Assembly: GCA_963817895.1 (NCBI GenBank)
Contig: CAWFQB010000014.1
Span: 256,001-320,000, forward strand
Direction: 5' to 3'
DNA length: 64,000 nt
Source: an uncultured Chthonomonadaceae bacterium
GTDB lineage: Bacteria > Armatimonadota > Chthonomonadetes > Chthonomonadales > Chthonomonadaceae
The notes under the pieces were generated by a model. The model had not been told where the DNA came from. It made no database searches and saw nothing but the letters and a program-made list of their open reading frames with translations. This document shows positions 11,263 to 24,844 of this stretch, one piece after another. A program made the translations under genes and the position numbers. Position 1 is the first letter of the stretch, and every line of letters starts with the position of its first letter.

Positions 11263-11380
11263 TTCTGGCGGCGACCTATCTTCCCAGAAGGTTTCCCCCC
11301 AAGTATTGTCGGCGCAGCCGGCTTTCACGACCGTGTTCGGGATGGGAACGGGTGGGACGCCGACGCTATGACCACCAGAA
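11263..11380 (-). rRNA. rrf: 5S ribosomal RNA
   Basis: Minus strand has CCCGTTCCCATCCCGAACACGG and paired ends TTCTGGTG/CGCCAGAA. Confidence 0.97.
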
Positions 11381-11860
11381 ACCGGCGCACACTCCCACAA
11401 GTCGGGAGAGTGCCAAGTCTGGATGCAAACTGCGCATTTGAGAACACGCCTCAACAGGGGCAATATTCAACCATGCGAAAAGGGTTCTACAACGGAACGT
11501 TCTTCCAAGCCGCGCCGTGAAGCGGGACTTGGAAGAACCGAAGTGTGTGCAAGATGCGGGTTGTTCAAATAAGGGACGTTGGTTCCTTAGCTGAACGTTG
11601 TTTGTGTTGTACTGTGTTCGTGCAGGATTGCTCCTGCGCGTTGTCTGTACGTTCTGTGTTGCGCTCGCTTGTAAGCTCGTTTCGTCCGCGCTGTCTGCGC
11701 CTGCGGCTCTGCTGCTGTTTGCGTCGTCTTCCCACCTTGCCCGCCCTTGCTTTCGCTTGGTTCGGAAAAGGCGCTTGTCTCCACTGCTTACGCTTGTGGG
11801 AAAGCCGGGAGGACGGCACAGCGGCAAACCGGCCACAACCGCGTCTCTTGCGAACAGAAG

Positions 11861-14844
<2,984 letters not shown>

Positions 14845-15283
14845 ACTCTTCCACTCACAACAAACGCGCTTGCAACCAACTCCGCCGCCGCGCCGCCCAC
14901 CCCGCTTCCCCCAACATAGCACAGCGCAAGCCGCTTCCACTAAAGAACCTTCAAGAAAGTCCTTCAACACAAGCAACCCAATGCCACACCCGAAGGAGAG
15001 AACCAAGAGGAACTGCGCAGCGCGTCCGCTGCCGCAAACACGCGCTACACCTACAAACTCGCGCTTAAACACCTTAGACAACACTCGAACACTTCCAACC
15101 TCAATACAACATTCATCTATCTTCACTCACACTGCTAAACGCTCCGACACCACAACAACCGCTCCAACACTCCTCCTGCACAAAGCAGAAGAAACGCCGA
15201 AACGAAGGCTGCCATGCCCTGAAATCGTAGCACAGCGCAAGATGCTCATTACCCCTGCATCTCTCTACACACTTCACTATTCC

Positions 15284-15297
15284 GTTGTAAAAGAGCA
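15284..15297 (-). promoter_or_regulatory. rRNA antitermination boxA-like element
   Basis: TGCTCTTTTACAAC on the minus strand just downstream of the promoters. Confidence 0.7.
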
Positions 15298-15349
15298 ACA
15301 GACAGCATCAATCACTCAACGCTTGTCTGTATATCACGATGTCCTGAGT

Positions 15350-15499
15350 AGTATACACCATGAACTTCTTATTGTCAAGGCATCTGCGAAACTCTCATTT
15401 CGCGGCTTTTATCAGCCTCGTTGACTGATTTTGTCAATCAACTTTCGGCTTATCATTCAGAAGTGTAGTAGTATACGCCAGCACCCTCCCATCTGTCAA
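15350..15499 (-). promoter_or_regulatory. Tandem sigma70 promoters for the 23S-5S unit
   Basis: TTGACA-17-TATACT (15378-15350) and TTGACA-18-TATACT (15499-15470). Confidence 0.85.
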
Positions 15500-15623
15500 G
15501 GGCATTTTGCAAAAAAGTGTTCCGGCCTGCAACTTTACTGCCGAACATGTTGTCCGAGCGTTGAAAATCATCGTTCGCCTACACGCGCCGGATTTCAACC
15601 CGGCGCGCGAAGGTATTGGCGGC

Positions 15624-15857
15624 TTAAAGTTCCAGTTCGGCCAGAGAAGCGGCGGTCAAGATGCGCCGCGTAATGGCAGAAAGGCGGTTCGCCGGCAGCG
15701 CATTTACGCTTGCCACCGTTGCCTCCGAGAGCGGGCCGAACCGAACTTCGAGTTGCTCCAAAATTATTTCTAATCTTCCTTCCTGTTTTCCCTCCTGCCT
15801 GCCTTCCTTGCGTCCTTCCCGTTTCCCCTGATTGATCAGTGCCTGCGCTCCTGTCAT
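15624..15857 (-). CDS. Predicted internal-start small Rpn (RpnS-type, 77 aa)
   Basis: In-frame ATG at 15857 preceded by TAAGGAGGT (15870-15862). Confidence 0.65.
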   Translation of the reverse strand: MTGAQALINQGKREGRKEGRQEGKQEGRLEIILEQLEVRFGPLSEATVASVNALPANRLSAITRRILTAASLAELEL

Positions 15858-16670
15858 CTTGACCTCCTTATACTCGTCTCGCTTATGCAAGACCGCTTCC
15901 TCCATCACGTCTTTCAACTCTTCCTGCTCGTCGGCGTCGCGCTTGTTGAGAACAAGCAGGTAGAGGAAGCGCATCGCCCAACTCCATTCCGCCTTCGCGC
16001 TCTGCGGCAGCGCATCCAGCAGCGAGACAACCTCGTGCAGCGCCTGCTCCAAAACTTCTTTCGGTTCGTCCGCCGCCTGCAACGCCCGCAACGCGAAGGC
16101 GACAGCGGAACCCGCCTGCATCAGCGTGTCCGGGGGCGTTTCGTGCAGGCGCAGCAGCAGTGTCTCAAAGGCGGGCGTAAACGGTTTGAGCAACGTCGGC
16201 ACGTCCATCAGCGCCGCAAGGCTGAGTGGCGTCTTCCATTTACGCTTGCCCGTGTAGAAGACAAGGGGCAGAATGGGAAACAGCTTCCATTTCGCGTAGG
16301 GCGTGTGGTTGTCCTTCCAGCCCCGCTGCTGCGCCTGCCATATCTCGACCATGTACCCCAACAGCCGCAGTCCCATTGTCTTGTCCGGCTTGGACTGATG
16401 CTCCAACAGCACATAAATCCATACTTCGCCTGTGCCGACGCGAAACGGAACCCGGTACAGCAGGTCGGCCTCTTGTTTGTGCAGGTCGTCGGGAATGAAC
16501 GAGCGGTTCTCCCGTTGCGCGCGGCTAAAGTCCAGATGATCGGCAAGATCAGCGGCCATGAGGCGCACGAGAGCATGCAGGTTCTCCGGCAACTCGAGCA
16601 GCCACAGGGTTCCCCGGTCAGCGAACTCCCGAATAGGCGGTTCCATGCCATCAACATTACTATCAGACAC
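15624..16670 (-). CDS. Rpn family recombination-promoting nuclease/putative transposase
   Basis: EADLLYRV, YVLLEHQS, LVFYTG, EG-repeat tail and DUF4351-like end. Confidence 0.9.
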   Translation of the reverse strand: MSDSNVDGMEPPIREFADRGTLWLLELPENLHALVRLMAADLADHLDFSRAQRENRSFIPDDLHKQEADLLYRVPFRVGTGEVWIYVLLEHQSKPDKTMGLRLLGYMVEIWQAQQRGWKDNHTPYAKWKLFPILPLVFYTGKRKWKTPLSLAALMDVPTLLKPFTPAFETLLLRLHETPPDTLMQAGSAVAFALRALQAADEPKEVLEQALHEVVSLLDALPQSAKAEWSWAMRFLYLLVLNKRDADEQEELKDVMEEAVLHKRDEYKEVKMTGAQALINQGKREGRKEGRQEGKQEGRLEIILEQLEVRFGPLSEATVASVNALPANRLSAITRRILTAASLAELEL

Positions 16671-16819
16671 AGCAGCCTCCTTTGCGTTGAGCTATTTTGC
16701 TTGCAGCCAGTACCTACATTATGCCATACGCTTCAATCAAAAGTAACTCATCCTGTACAGGCCGCAGAGCGGGCAATGTAAATGTTTACCGCATCACCAC
16801 GCTATTCACAGCATCGGAT

Positions 16820-17396
16820 TCAGGCGGCGAAAATGGCTTCGACGGTAACCGTCAAATCGCGAAAAGTGAGCGATTTGACGGTTTCACCCCTGCCATAAAC
16901 GTGAACCGAGGCTGCGCCGCTTCGAGACAGCCGCAATACCTCCACTGTTTGGGTATCCCCCTCAACTTTCCAGCACTCCCGAACATCCACTTTACAATAA
17001 TCGTCAATCTTCGCGTTGAACCGGCTTGCCGTTTCACTGTCGGAGATGATTTCCACGACAAGTTCCGGCGCAGCAATCAGCGGGGCGGGATCATTAGCGG
17101 CAGGATTGAGGGCGTGGCGTTCGTTGCTGATGAAAAATACGTCCGGCTGACGTGTCCGTAAGGGAACACGGGTAATCAGAACATCACGCGGACTCACTCT
17201 CATTTTGCCTGCCCCCGAGCGCGTTCCATATTCCCGAAACCCCAACCCCACCTTGAAGGCAATATCTTGATGGTTGTCGGTGACGCCGGACATGTATTTT
17301 TTCACTCCATCCAGAATGTCATAACGCCGGTTGTCGGTCTCTTTCGCCATGTACGCTTCATACGTCAACCGTTTGGGCGGCGCGGCAGGGCTACAT
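16820..17396 (-). CDS. Uma2 family endonuclease (start uncertain, probable 1-nt error near ATG 17396)
   Basis: LTYEAY, RQPDVFFI, APELVVEIIS, VRECWKV. Confidence 0.88.
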
Positions 17397-17400
17397 TTTC

Positions 17401-18576
17401 CTACTCGCCCCAACCAATGCTTTTCAGCCACGCCGGCCACTTCCGATTACGTGTCACGCTGCGGCAATTGGCGACCATCTGCCGCGCCGGGGTTTTAGGT
17501 GTGGCGGCGATTTCCAGAAGTTCCGCGATCTCCTGATCGGTCAGCGCGGCCTCTTCTTCCGTTTTGGGAAGCCGCTGCCAGATCGTCACGCGGAAAACCT
17601 GAAAACGTTCGGCAACATGGGGCGAGTATCCAAGCGCATCCGCCAGCGCCGTCATCGGGATTTGCAGCCAGACAACCAGAATGTCTCGCGTCAACACCAT
17701 CGTCGTCGCTCCCCGTTCACAGCGCGTCAAATCCGCATTGCACAGGAACACGCCGAATTGCCTTAGATACTCTCTCGTAAACGGGTCCGCGAACAGTTCT
17801 CTGGAGAAGGCCGCAACGGTTTCCTGTCCACGCTCACCGTCCAGTGATTCAAACCGCATATCAGCCACATTGAGCATTTGCGCCAGATGCAGAACCAGTT
17901 CACTCACCGGCAACGGCATGGCAATCCACGCGAACAGATGCGCCATCAGCACAGGCAACCGCGCGAAATCCTCTCCTGCAAACTCCTGTGCCGCCCGGTT
18001 CCCCAAACGATGCCGCAGAAACGCCTCGTATTTCCCCGCCTGAAAATCATCCATTCGCGCCGATGTTTGCGCCTCTTGCCCAACCCACGACGCCAGCCCA
18101 CACCACTTCTCGCCCCGCTGTTCCCAAAACGCGAATATCTCTTTGGCGTTCAGCGCATCCCACACCGCATAAAGCAGTTTCCGTTTATTAGGTTGCCGTT
18201 TGAAATTTCTATTGAGATACTCTGCCAACACGCTAAAGGCCACTCTTTTCGCGTAAGCCTGCATATTGCCGATTGCGCCCTCTGCCGAACGCGGTTTACA
18301 AAGCGCCTGCCACATTCGCAAACTCGTATCCTGTAACAAATCCTCTAAATCATCGTCCTTAACCCCTTTGCCCCGCAGAAATCCCCGAACTTTGGGAAGC
18401 AGTTCTTTCGACCACAGGGTTTCAAAACGCCTCTGCGCCTCCGTTTCCTCCTTCACGCCCAGTGCAAATTTCCAAAGCGGCGTATCATCATTTTGTTCAT
18501 TATTCACTACAAAGGAACCTCTCACAAGCGTATTGAAAATCTTATTTGAACTGTACTGCTCATAAAGCAAGTTCAA
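17401..18576 (-). CDS. Atypical large sigma-70/ECF-like factor (alternative start GTG 18507)
   Basis: Region-2-like DDLEDLLQDTSLRMWQ..YAKRVA; C-terminal HTH-like LTDQEIAELL. Confidence 0.55.
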   Translation of the reverse strand: MNLLYEQYSSNKIFNTLVRGSFVVNNEQNDDTPLWKFALGVKEETEAQRRFETLWSKELLPKVRGFLRGKGVKDDDLEDLLQDTSLRMWQALCKPRSAEGAIGNMQAYAKRVAFSVLAEYLNRNFKRQPNKRKLLYAVWDALNAKEIFAFWEQRGEKWCGLASWVGQEAQTSARMDDFQAGKYEAFLRHRLGNRAAQEFAGEDFARLPVLMAHLFAWIAMPLPVSELVLHLAQMLNVADMRFESLDGERGQETVAAFSRELFADPFTREYLRQFGVFLCNADLTRCERGATTMVLTRDILVVWLQIPMTALADALGYSPHVAERFQVFRVTIWQRLPKTEEEAALTDQEIAELLEIAATPKTPARQMVANCRSVTRNRKWPAWLKSIGWGE

Positions 18577-18789
18577 TATCGCGCTTCAATTTTCCTTTGT
18601 CGGCAGGAATTCACCCCTCCATTGGCGAAGTTGAGTGCGTCTAATCTATTTTCGCTATGAGCTTATCTCAACCAGTTCCCCTTCCCCCAGATTGCGTATT
18701 TCTGCTTCGCTTTGGAAATACGCTTTTGTAGGAGAAGGGCTATGTCCACAAGTGGACGCCCGGGTTGAGGGCTACCCAGCATAAGCTCT

Positions 18790-19182
18790 ATGGAGGTTCC
18801 AATGAATAAGCAAGCCGTTACCACTGCCGCCCCCGCCACCGGCGCACCCTACTCCCTCGGCATCATCACCGGCAATCTGGTCTTTGTATCCGGGCAGGTT
18901 CCCATGAACGTAGAAACGAAAGAAGTTCTGCGAGACGACTTTGAAGGCGAAGTTCGCCTGTGCATCGCTAACGTCGAACGCATCCTCAAAGCGGCGGGAA
19001 CCGATCTCGAACACTGCGTCAAAGTCGTTGTCTTCCTAGCCGACATGAACAACTTCGCCCGTCTCAACGCCGTCTACTCCCAATACTTCGGCGACATCAA
19101 ACCCGCCCGTAGCTGTGTTCAGGTCGCCCGCTTACCCCTCGACGTAGACGTAGAAATCGAAGCCATCGCCATACTGCCTTAG
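18790..19182 (+). CDS. RidA/YjgF family deaminase
   Basis: PYS, VFVSGQVP, PARSCVQV, VEIEAIA. Confidence 0.93.
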   Translation: MEVPMNKQAVTTAAPATGAPYSLGIITGNLVFVSGQVPMNVETKEVLRDDFEGEVRLCIANVERILKAAGTDLEHCVKVVVFLADMNNFARLNAVYSQYFGDIKPARSCVQVARLPLDVDVEIEAIAILP

Positions 19183-19358
19183 TGCCTATTCCAATAGGGA
19201 AAAGCGCTTACGTCCGAAGGACGTTTAGCCGTAGGCTACGCAGACGGGTACGTTCTCTGTACCCGGCCTATTGGGATAGGTTCTTAACCAGCCGAATACC
19301 AGAATCACCAAACAAAAAGCCCCTCTCCTGTCAGGAGAGGGGTTGGGGTGAGGTCAAA

Positions 19359-20195
19359 CTACAGCAATGCCAACTGAACCACTTGCTTTCCCGGTGTCCA
19401 CGTCAAACTAACCTGATCCCGCAAAGCAACTTCTAAAGAAAACGGAACGCTCGTTCGCTGCATAATGCGCTGCTGCACGGTTCGGCGGGCCAATGCGGGA
19501 GAATTGTTCATGCGGGACAAGTGCGCCAGCCAGATACTGCACGAACCCTCCTGCTCCAACCGCTCCGCCATCAAATCCCCGCAATCTATATTCGACAGAT
19601 GCCCCGTATCCGAAGCAACCCGCTCCTTCATGTGCGGCGGATATGATCCGCGACGCAGCCACTCTAAATCATGGTTGGCTTCCACAATCGCTAAATCCGC
19701 CTCGCGCAACGCTTCTCGTATCGTCGGCGTCACGCAGCCCGTATCCGTAAAATAAACAATCCGCGTATTCCCCGCTTCCAGAACATAACCAACCGGGTCC
19801 GCCGCATCATGGCTCACGGAAAAGGAACGGATGCCGATACAGCCAATCGCCATTGTGCCACCAGTAACCAGTTCGCGCCCCATAAATGGCAGCGCATCCC
19901 GTTCAGTATAAGCCTGAAAAGTCGCCGCATTCGCGACCAATGGCGTTTTATTCCGCCGCGCCAACCCTCCCGCCCCGCAGCTATGATCGGTATGCTCATG
20001 GGTCAGAAGAATCCCATGCAGTTCAGACGCCCCAACGCCACGATTCAGCAGCGCGTTGGCAAGCGTCCGCACCGGCAAACCGGCGTCAATGAGTAAATTC
20101 GTGTCCCCCGCCCGCACCAGCATCGCATTGCCGCTGCTGCCACTCGCAAGCGAATGTACCTCAACCGAAGAAATAGATCGAAATGATTTCACCAT
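19359..20195 (-). CDS. MBL-fold metallo-hydrolase (YycJ/WalJ-like)
   Basis: LASGSSGN, THEHTDH, EANHD, GHLSN, AHLS. Confidence 0.9.
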   Translation of the reverse strand: MVKSFRSISSVEVHSLASGSSGNAMLVRAGDTNLLIDAGLPVRTLANALLNRGVGASELHGILLTHEHTDHSCGAGGLARRNKTPLVANAATFQAYTERDALPFMGRELVTGGTMAIGCIGIRSFSVSHDAADPVGYVLEAGNTRIVYFTDTGCVTPTIREALREADLAIVEANHDLEWLRRGSYPPHMKERVASDTGHLSNIDCGDLMAERLEQEGSCSIWLAHLSRMNNSPALARRTVQQRIMQRTSVPFSLEVALRDQVSLTWTPGKQVVQLALL

Positions 20196-20268
20196 AGTAA
20201 ATTACTCTTACACAAATGCTCCCCTCTCCTGGCGCGTTGCGCGGCAAGGAGAGGGGCCGGGGGTGAGG

Positions 20269-21174
20269 TTACTCCAACAAACTATCTACAAATTTACCCG
20301 GATCGAACACATCCAGATCGTCCAGCTTTTCGCCCGTTCCCACCAGTTTGATCGGCAGTTTCAACTCATCCGCAATCGTGATGACGATGCCGCCCCGTGC
20401 TGTGCCGTCCAATTTCGCGAGCGCAATACCCGTGAGTGGAACCGTATTCAAGAACTGCTTGGCCTGACTGATACCGTTTTGCCCGGTTGTCGCGTCCAGC
20501 ACCAGCAACACCTCATCCGCAGGCCGGCCCAATTCTCGCTCCGTAATGCGGTTGATCTTTTTCAACTCTTCCATCAAGTGAGTGCGATTGTGCAGACGCC
20601 CCGCCGTATCCGCAATCACGTAATCCGCGCCCCGCGCCCGCGCCGCTTTAATCGCATCGAAAATCACGGCGGAAGGGTCGGCTCCCTCCTTATGTCTTAC
20701 CATTTCCGAGTGATTACGAGTCGCCCATATCTCCAACTGGTCAATCGCCGCCGCCCGAAAAGTATCCCCAGCTGCGAGTATCACCTTTTTGTGATGCCTT
20801 TGCAGTCTATGAGTCAGCTTACCGATAGTCGTTGTTTTCCCGACTCCGTTCACACCCACAATAAGGTACAGCGTTGGCGATGTTTCCGCCACTTTCAGAC
20901 GGTTGCCCTCCGGCCCTTTTCCCGCCTGCAACACCGTCACTAGATGCGCCTTCATCCGCGCCGTAACCTGCCCGATGGTCTGCATCCGCTCGTCCTGAAC
21001 CGCAGTCCGCAAGTCTTCCAGAATCATCTGCGTCGTTTTAACATTCACGTCGGCCTGAATGAGAAGTATCTCCAACTCTTCAAACAGGTCTTCGTCAATC
21101 TTCCCGCGCCCGGTCACAATCTGGTCAATTTTTTGCGCAATCTTCTTAAACGGATTGCCGAATCCAAACTGCAT
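20269..21174 (-). CDS. ftsY: SRP receptor FtsY
   Basis: GVNGVGKTTT, DTFRAAA, DTAGR, KLDGTARGG. Confidence 0.98.
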   Translation of the reverse strand: MQFGFGNPFKKIAQKIDQIVTGRGKIDEDLFEELEILLIQADVNVKTTQMILEDLRTAVQDERMQTIGQVTARMKAHLVTVLQAGKGPEGNRLKVAETSPTLYLIVGVNGVGKTTTIGKLTHRLQRHHKKVILAAGDTFRAAAIDQLEIWATRNHSEMVRHKEGADPSAVIFDAIKAARARGADYVIADTAGRLHNRTHLMEELKKINRITERELGRPADEVLLVLDATTGQNGISQAKQFLNTVPLTGIALAKLDGTARGGIVITIADELKLPIKLVGTGEKLDDLDVFDPGKFVDSLLE

Positions 21175-21325
21175 AACTCACGCCCTTCCCTCTACCTGCT
21201 TTTCAGCAGATGATACAGTCCTATACTTGATCAAACTCCATGAACTCCGTTCGCCTGAGAGCATGAATATGAGCGCCTCCCCTTCTTTCAAGCTTTTTTT
21301 GGGAGAAGGGGCCGGGGGTTGAGGG

Positions 21326-22192
21326 CTACGCTTCCGTCACAGTGTCAGTAGACATCCGCGCCAATTCGCGGGCGCACAAAAACATGGCGATTACGGCGGA
21401 TACCATAATCACAACCCGCGCCGTAACGCTCACCAGCAGCCAGCCACCGCAAAAACCGCCGATCAATCCCGCCGCGATAATCTCTGTTCGCAACGCTGTA
21501 TCTACCAGTCCCTTACGATTATACGCCATTGCGGGCAGCGCGGACGCCAGCGCGATTACGAACAGGGACAACCCCACTGCCGGAGCCGCCTGATTGATGG
21601 CTCCATTAATGGTTACAACGCGGATACCGCTAAAAAAATAAAGCGCAGGCACTAACAGCGTGCCGCCCCCCAATCCTAAAACCTGTGTTGCCACTCCGCT
21701 TGCCAATCCTAATAACAGCAGCAGGCCGGGAGTATGCCATTCCGCAATATTCGGCCTGCCGGTAAACAGTCCTCCCGAATGGGAAGCCTGCACAATAACA
21801 GCCAGCATCAGCGCGATGCCTATGGAAGCGGACATGCGCCGCCAGCCCTGCCCCTGTAGTTTCCTGGCAACCGGGGCGGCCACAATCGCGCCAATCACGG
21901 CCCCTATCAACAGCATCACGCCGCTAAGAATAAATCCCGTCGGCATAGCCCCCGCCGCATACGCCGCCAACACGCCCGCCACCGCCGTCCATGCCGCAAA
22001 ATTCAGCGCGGTTCCCTGCGCTTTATCGGGCGCGTACCCCAGCATCCATGTCAGCATGGGCGCATACGCGGCCTGCGCTCCCAAACCCGTAATGCCGCTT
22101 ACCAGCGCCGTAATCCATCCAATGACAAAAACAATCGTCGCCTTGAGTTTGCCGATATTAAGCGGTCGCCGTCGCGCAGAACGCCAATTCAT
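21326..22192 (-). CDS. TauE/SafE (TSUP) family membrane exporter
   Basis: Multi-TM; two repeats with GITGLG and GLGGG..VP. Confidence 0.8.
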   Translation of the reverse strand: MNWRSARRRPLNIGKLKATIVFVIGWITALVSGITGLGAQAAYAPMLTWMLGYAPDKAQGTALNFAAWTAVAGVLAAYAAGAMPTGFILSGVMLLIGAVIGAIVAAPVARKLQGQGWRRMSASIGIALMLAVIVQASHSGGLFTGRPNIAEWHTPGLLLLLGLASGVATQVLGLGGGTLLVPALYFFSGIRVVTINGAINQAAPAVGLSLFVIALASALPAMAYNRKGLVDTALRTEIIAAGLIGGFCGGWLLVSVTARVVIMVSAVIAMFLCARELARMSTDTVTEA

Positions 22193-22213
22193 AATCTATA
22201 TCCGTTTCTCGTG

Positions 22214-23536
22214 TCAGCCTTTGATGCCGGTCAGCGTGATCCCCTGAATGAAGTAACGCTGCGAAAAGAAGAACAGTGCCAGAACCGGCAGCATCACCAT
22301 TGTCGAAAACGCCATCAACTGTCCCATTTCGCTGCTGTGTCCCGATTGAAACAACTGTAACGCATAGGCGAGCGGCTGATTTTCCGGCGAACTGATGTAA
22401 ATCAGTGGCCCCTGAAAGTTGTTCCATGCCCCCATAAACGCCATAATCGTAATCGCGGCAAGCGCGGGCTTTACCTGCGGTAGCATGATGCGCCAGAAAA
22501 TCGTGTAGTACGAACACCCGTCTATCTTCGCGGCATCCTCCAATTCGTTCGGGATGCTCATAAAAAACTGTCGCAGCAGAAAAATGTTGAACGCCGAGCC
22601 GAAGAAACTCGGAACCCACAGCGGTTTGAGCGTATCCACCCATCCGAGCGACCGAAATATCAGAAACAGCGGCATCATCGTCACCGCGCCGGGTAGCATC
22701 ATGGTTGCCAGCAGCACGAGAAACATCTGTTCGCGCCCCGGCCACTTCAGCCGCGCGAAACTGTACGCCACCATGGAAGACGAAAGCAGCGTCCCTAAAA
22801 TGCTCAACACGGAAATAATCAGCGTGTTCTTCAAAAACACCAGACCAAAGTTTGTTTCCGGCGGCAAAAACTTTAGCGCGTCCCAATAGTTCTTCCACAC
22901 AGGCGCAAAGTGCCGGATGTCCTTCAGTTCGCTTTTATTACATACGAAAGACTGTCCCGCAAGAGCAGCCGGTTTCACAATCTGAACCTGCCGCTCACCC
23001 GTTTCATACTCCTTTATAACGGCGACTTCAACCGCTTGCCCGTTGCGCGTGGTTGTCGCCAGCCCGCGCTCTTGCCCTGCAATCACCTGCTTCACCTGTT
23101 GCGTCGGTATCCAAACGGGCGGAAACTTGCTCATCTCCGCGTCTTCCTTCAGCGAAGTCACCACCAGCCACGCGAAAGGAATCAAAAACAGGATGGAACC
23201 TGTCAGCAAGGTCAAATGAAGCGTCGCCTGTCGCGCAGCCTCCCTGCCGAACTTCTTGTCCTGCCATGCCAATCGAGGCCGCAGCGCGAGACGCCAGACT
23301 CCCACCTCTAACACAACCGCCAGAATCCCCGCCACCAACAAATGCGCCGCGCCATTCAAGGGCAGCCCGATGAACAGCAGCACACTAATCAATACCGCGC
23401 CTGCCACGCTTGCCAGAGCGGTTTTCCCGCGCAGCCTGATTGCCATTGCCACCAGAACAATGCCGCCGCCGAGACACGCATACAGCAGCACAACGCCAAG
23501 CAGTAAAATCACCGGTTCCAGAGTTTTCGATAACAA
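22214..23536 (-). CDS. Carbohydrate ABC transporter permease
   Basis: ELEDAAKIDG EAA loop, QRYFIQGI. Confidence 0.93.
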   Translation of the reverse strand: MLSKTLEPVILLLGVVLLYACLGGGIVLVAMAIRLRGKTALASVAGAVLISVLLFIGLPLNGAAHLLVAGILAVVLEVGVWRLALRPRLAWQDKKFGREAARQATLHLTLLTGSILFLIPFAWLVVTSLKEDAEMSKFPPVWIPTQQVKQVIAGQERGLATTTRNGQAVEVAVIKEYETGERQVQIVKPAALAGQSFVCNKSELKDIRHFAPVWKNYWDALKFLPPETNFGLVFLKNTLIISVLSILGTLLSSSMVAYSFARLKWPGREQMFLVLLATMMLPGAVTMMPLFLIFRSLGWVDTLKPLWVPSFFGSAFNIFLLRQFFMSIPNELEDAAKIDGCSYYTIFWRIMLPQVKPALAAITIMAFMGAWNNFQGPLIYISSPENQPLAYALQLFQSGHSSEMGQLMAFSTMVMLPVLALFFFSQRYFIQGITLTGIKG

Positions 23537-23662
23537 CGCTGTCAGCCCTCATCTCGTGTAAAAATAGGATTGGTGTCTCACGTTCCACCCGTCATCAAAT
23601 AGACAATCGTAGCAAGCTCATAGTTCACAGTTCCCTATCCACTACAAACTCTCAACTATCAA

Positions 23663-24220
23663 CTACTTCCTGCCCCTGCTCCCAAGCAGTCCCGCCAACC
23701 CGCTCTTATTCTTTGCCTGCGCCTGTTGCGCCTTCAATTCCGCTTCCGCTTTCGCCTGCGCCGCTGCCGCATTATGCGACAGCACAAGATGCGCCAACTC
23801 GTACATTTGCTCTTGAAGCCGCTGAATAGCGCGTGTCAACTCCTGTTGTGTGGTCAGCAATTGCGCGATTTGCGCGTCTTTCTCCTCTAATTGCCGCTTC
23901 AAAGTTTCCTCTTGATTCGTCGCGCCTCCTGCATCGCCAGCAGTATCCATGTCTGCCAAATGTGACATGGATACTGCATTTGACCGAGATTTAATTCGTT
24001 TGAATTTCACCGTCATGTCTGCCATATTACTGCCACAATTGTCAGTGTTGTCAGCAGTATTTCCACGCTCTAACTCGCCCGTTTTCAACATTCTATACAC
24101 AGTTCGCTCAGACACATTCAGTCTTCTCGCCGCTTCAGCAACGCCCACAACAACATGCTCATCGCACGCGACATTCGGCTTATCCACTCTGATTCTTATA
24201 GCAACCGGACGCTGCCCCAT
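23663..24220 (-). CDS. HTH DNA-binding protein with coiled coil and basic amphipathic tail
   Basis: EAARRLNVSERTVYRMLKTGEL; LKRQLEEKDAQIAQL; KSGLAGLLGSRGRK. Confidence 0.8.
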   Translation of the reverse strand: MGQRPVAIRIRVDKPNVACDEHVVVGVAEAARRLNVSERTVYRMLKTGELERGNTADNTDNCGSNMADMTVKFKRIKSRSNAVSMSHLADMDTAGDAGGATNQEETLKRQLEEKDAQIAQLLTTQQELTRAIQRLQEQMYELAHLVLSHNAAAAQAKAEAELKAQQAQAKNKSGLAGLLGSRGRK

Positions 24221-24394
24221 ATCGAATTCCTCATGTCAACCAGTGTCAGCCGATGTTCGCCAACAAACCACACCTTGAAGGTAAGCACGCATAAACAGCT
24301 ATAACAGAATGTTATGACTTCCGATACTGCAAGCGTATCGGAAGTTATAGACTACTGCAACCTGCTGAACTTGGCTTTACTCGCAAGCCCTTTT

Positions 24395-24844
24395 CTATAG
24401 GCCGAGCAACTCTGCAAAGGCTTCAATACTGGGCGCTACCTCAATCCACCAGTTACCCCAAACAGGATTAACTGCCTTAGCCTCAACCGACCATTCTAGC
24501 GTCAACACTTGCGGCCTATCCATAGAAGCCCGATAATCAAGAGCAATAGGCTGATCAGAGCCATTGCCCAAGTCTCCTATAAGAATTGACAATTGGGGGT
24601 TTATACTACTAGGTAACTCCATAGTTGTGAGTACACCAAGCCACATGGAATCGTGCTCGGTGTACCAATGCTCATTTTCGAGCAGCATAAACTCCAGTGT
24701 ATAAAACATGGCGTCGCTGCCACGTACAGGGAAAATACGTTTCAATACTGCTGTATCAGTTGGAAACCTCCACTGACCTGCATCTATCAGAGTGAGTAGG
24801 TATGACGGTAAGGGTAAGCCATTGATTGAGGTTGTAGACAACAT
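24395..24844 (-). CDS. SMI1/KNR4 (SUKH)-like immunity protein
   Basis: LPLPSYL, IGDLGNGSDQPIALDYR..PQV, VAPSIEAFAELL. Confidence 0.7.
   Translation of the reverse strand: MLSTTSINGLPLPSYLLTLIDAGQWRFPTDTAVLKRIFPVRGSDAMFYTLEFMLLENEHWYTEHDSMWLGVLTTMELPSSINPQLSILIGDLGNGSDQPIALDYRASMDRPQVLTLEWSVEAKAVNPVWGNWWIEVAPSIEAFAELLGL

Noticed and set aside
14845..15283. tRNA in the 23S leader
   Set aside because: No cloverleaf or T-loop consensus found
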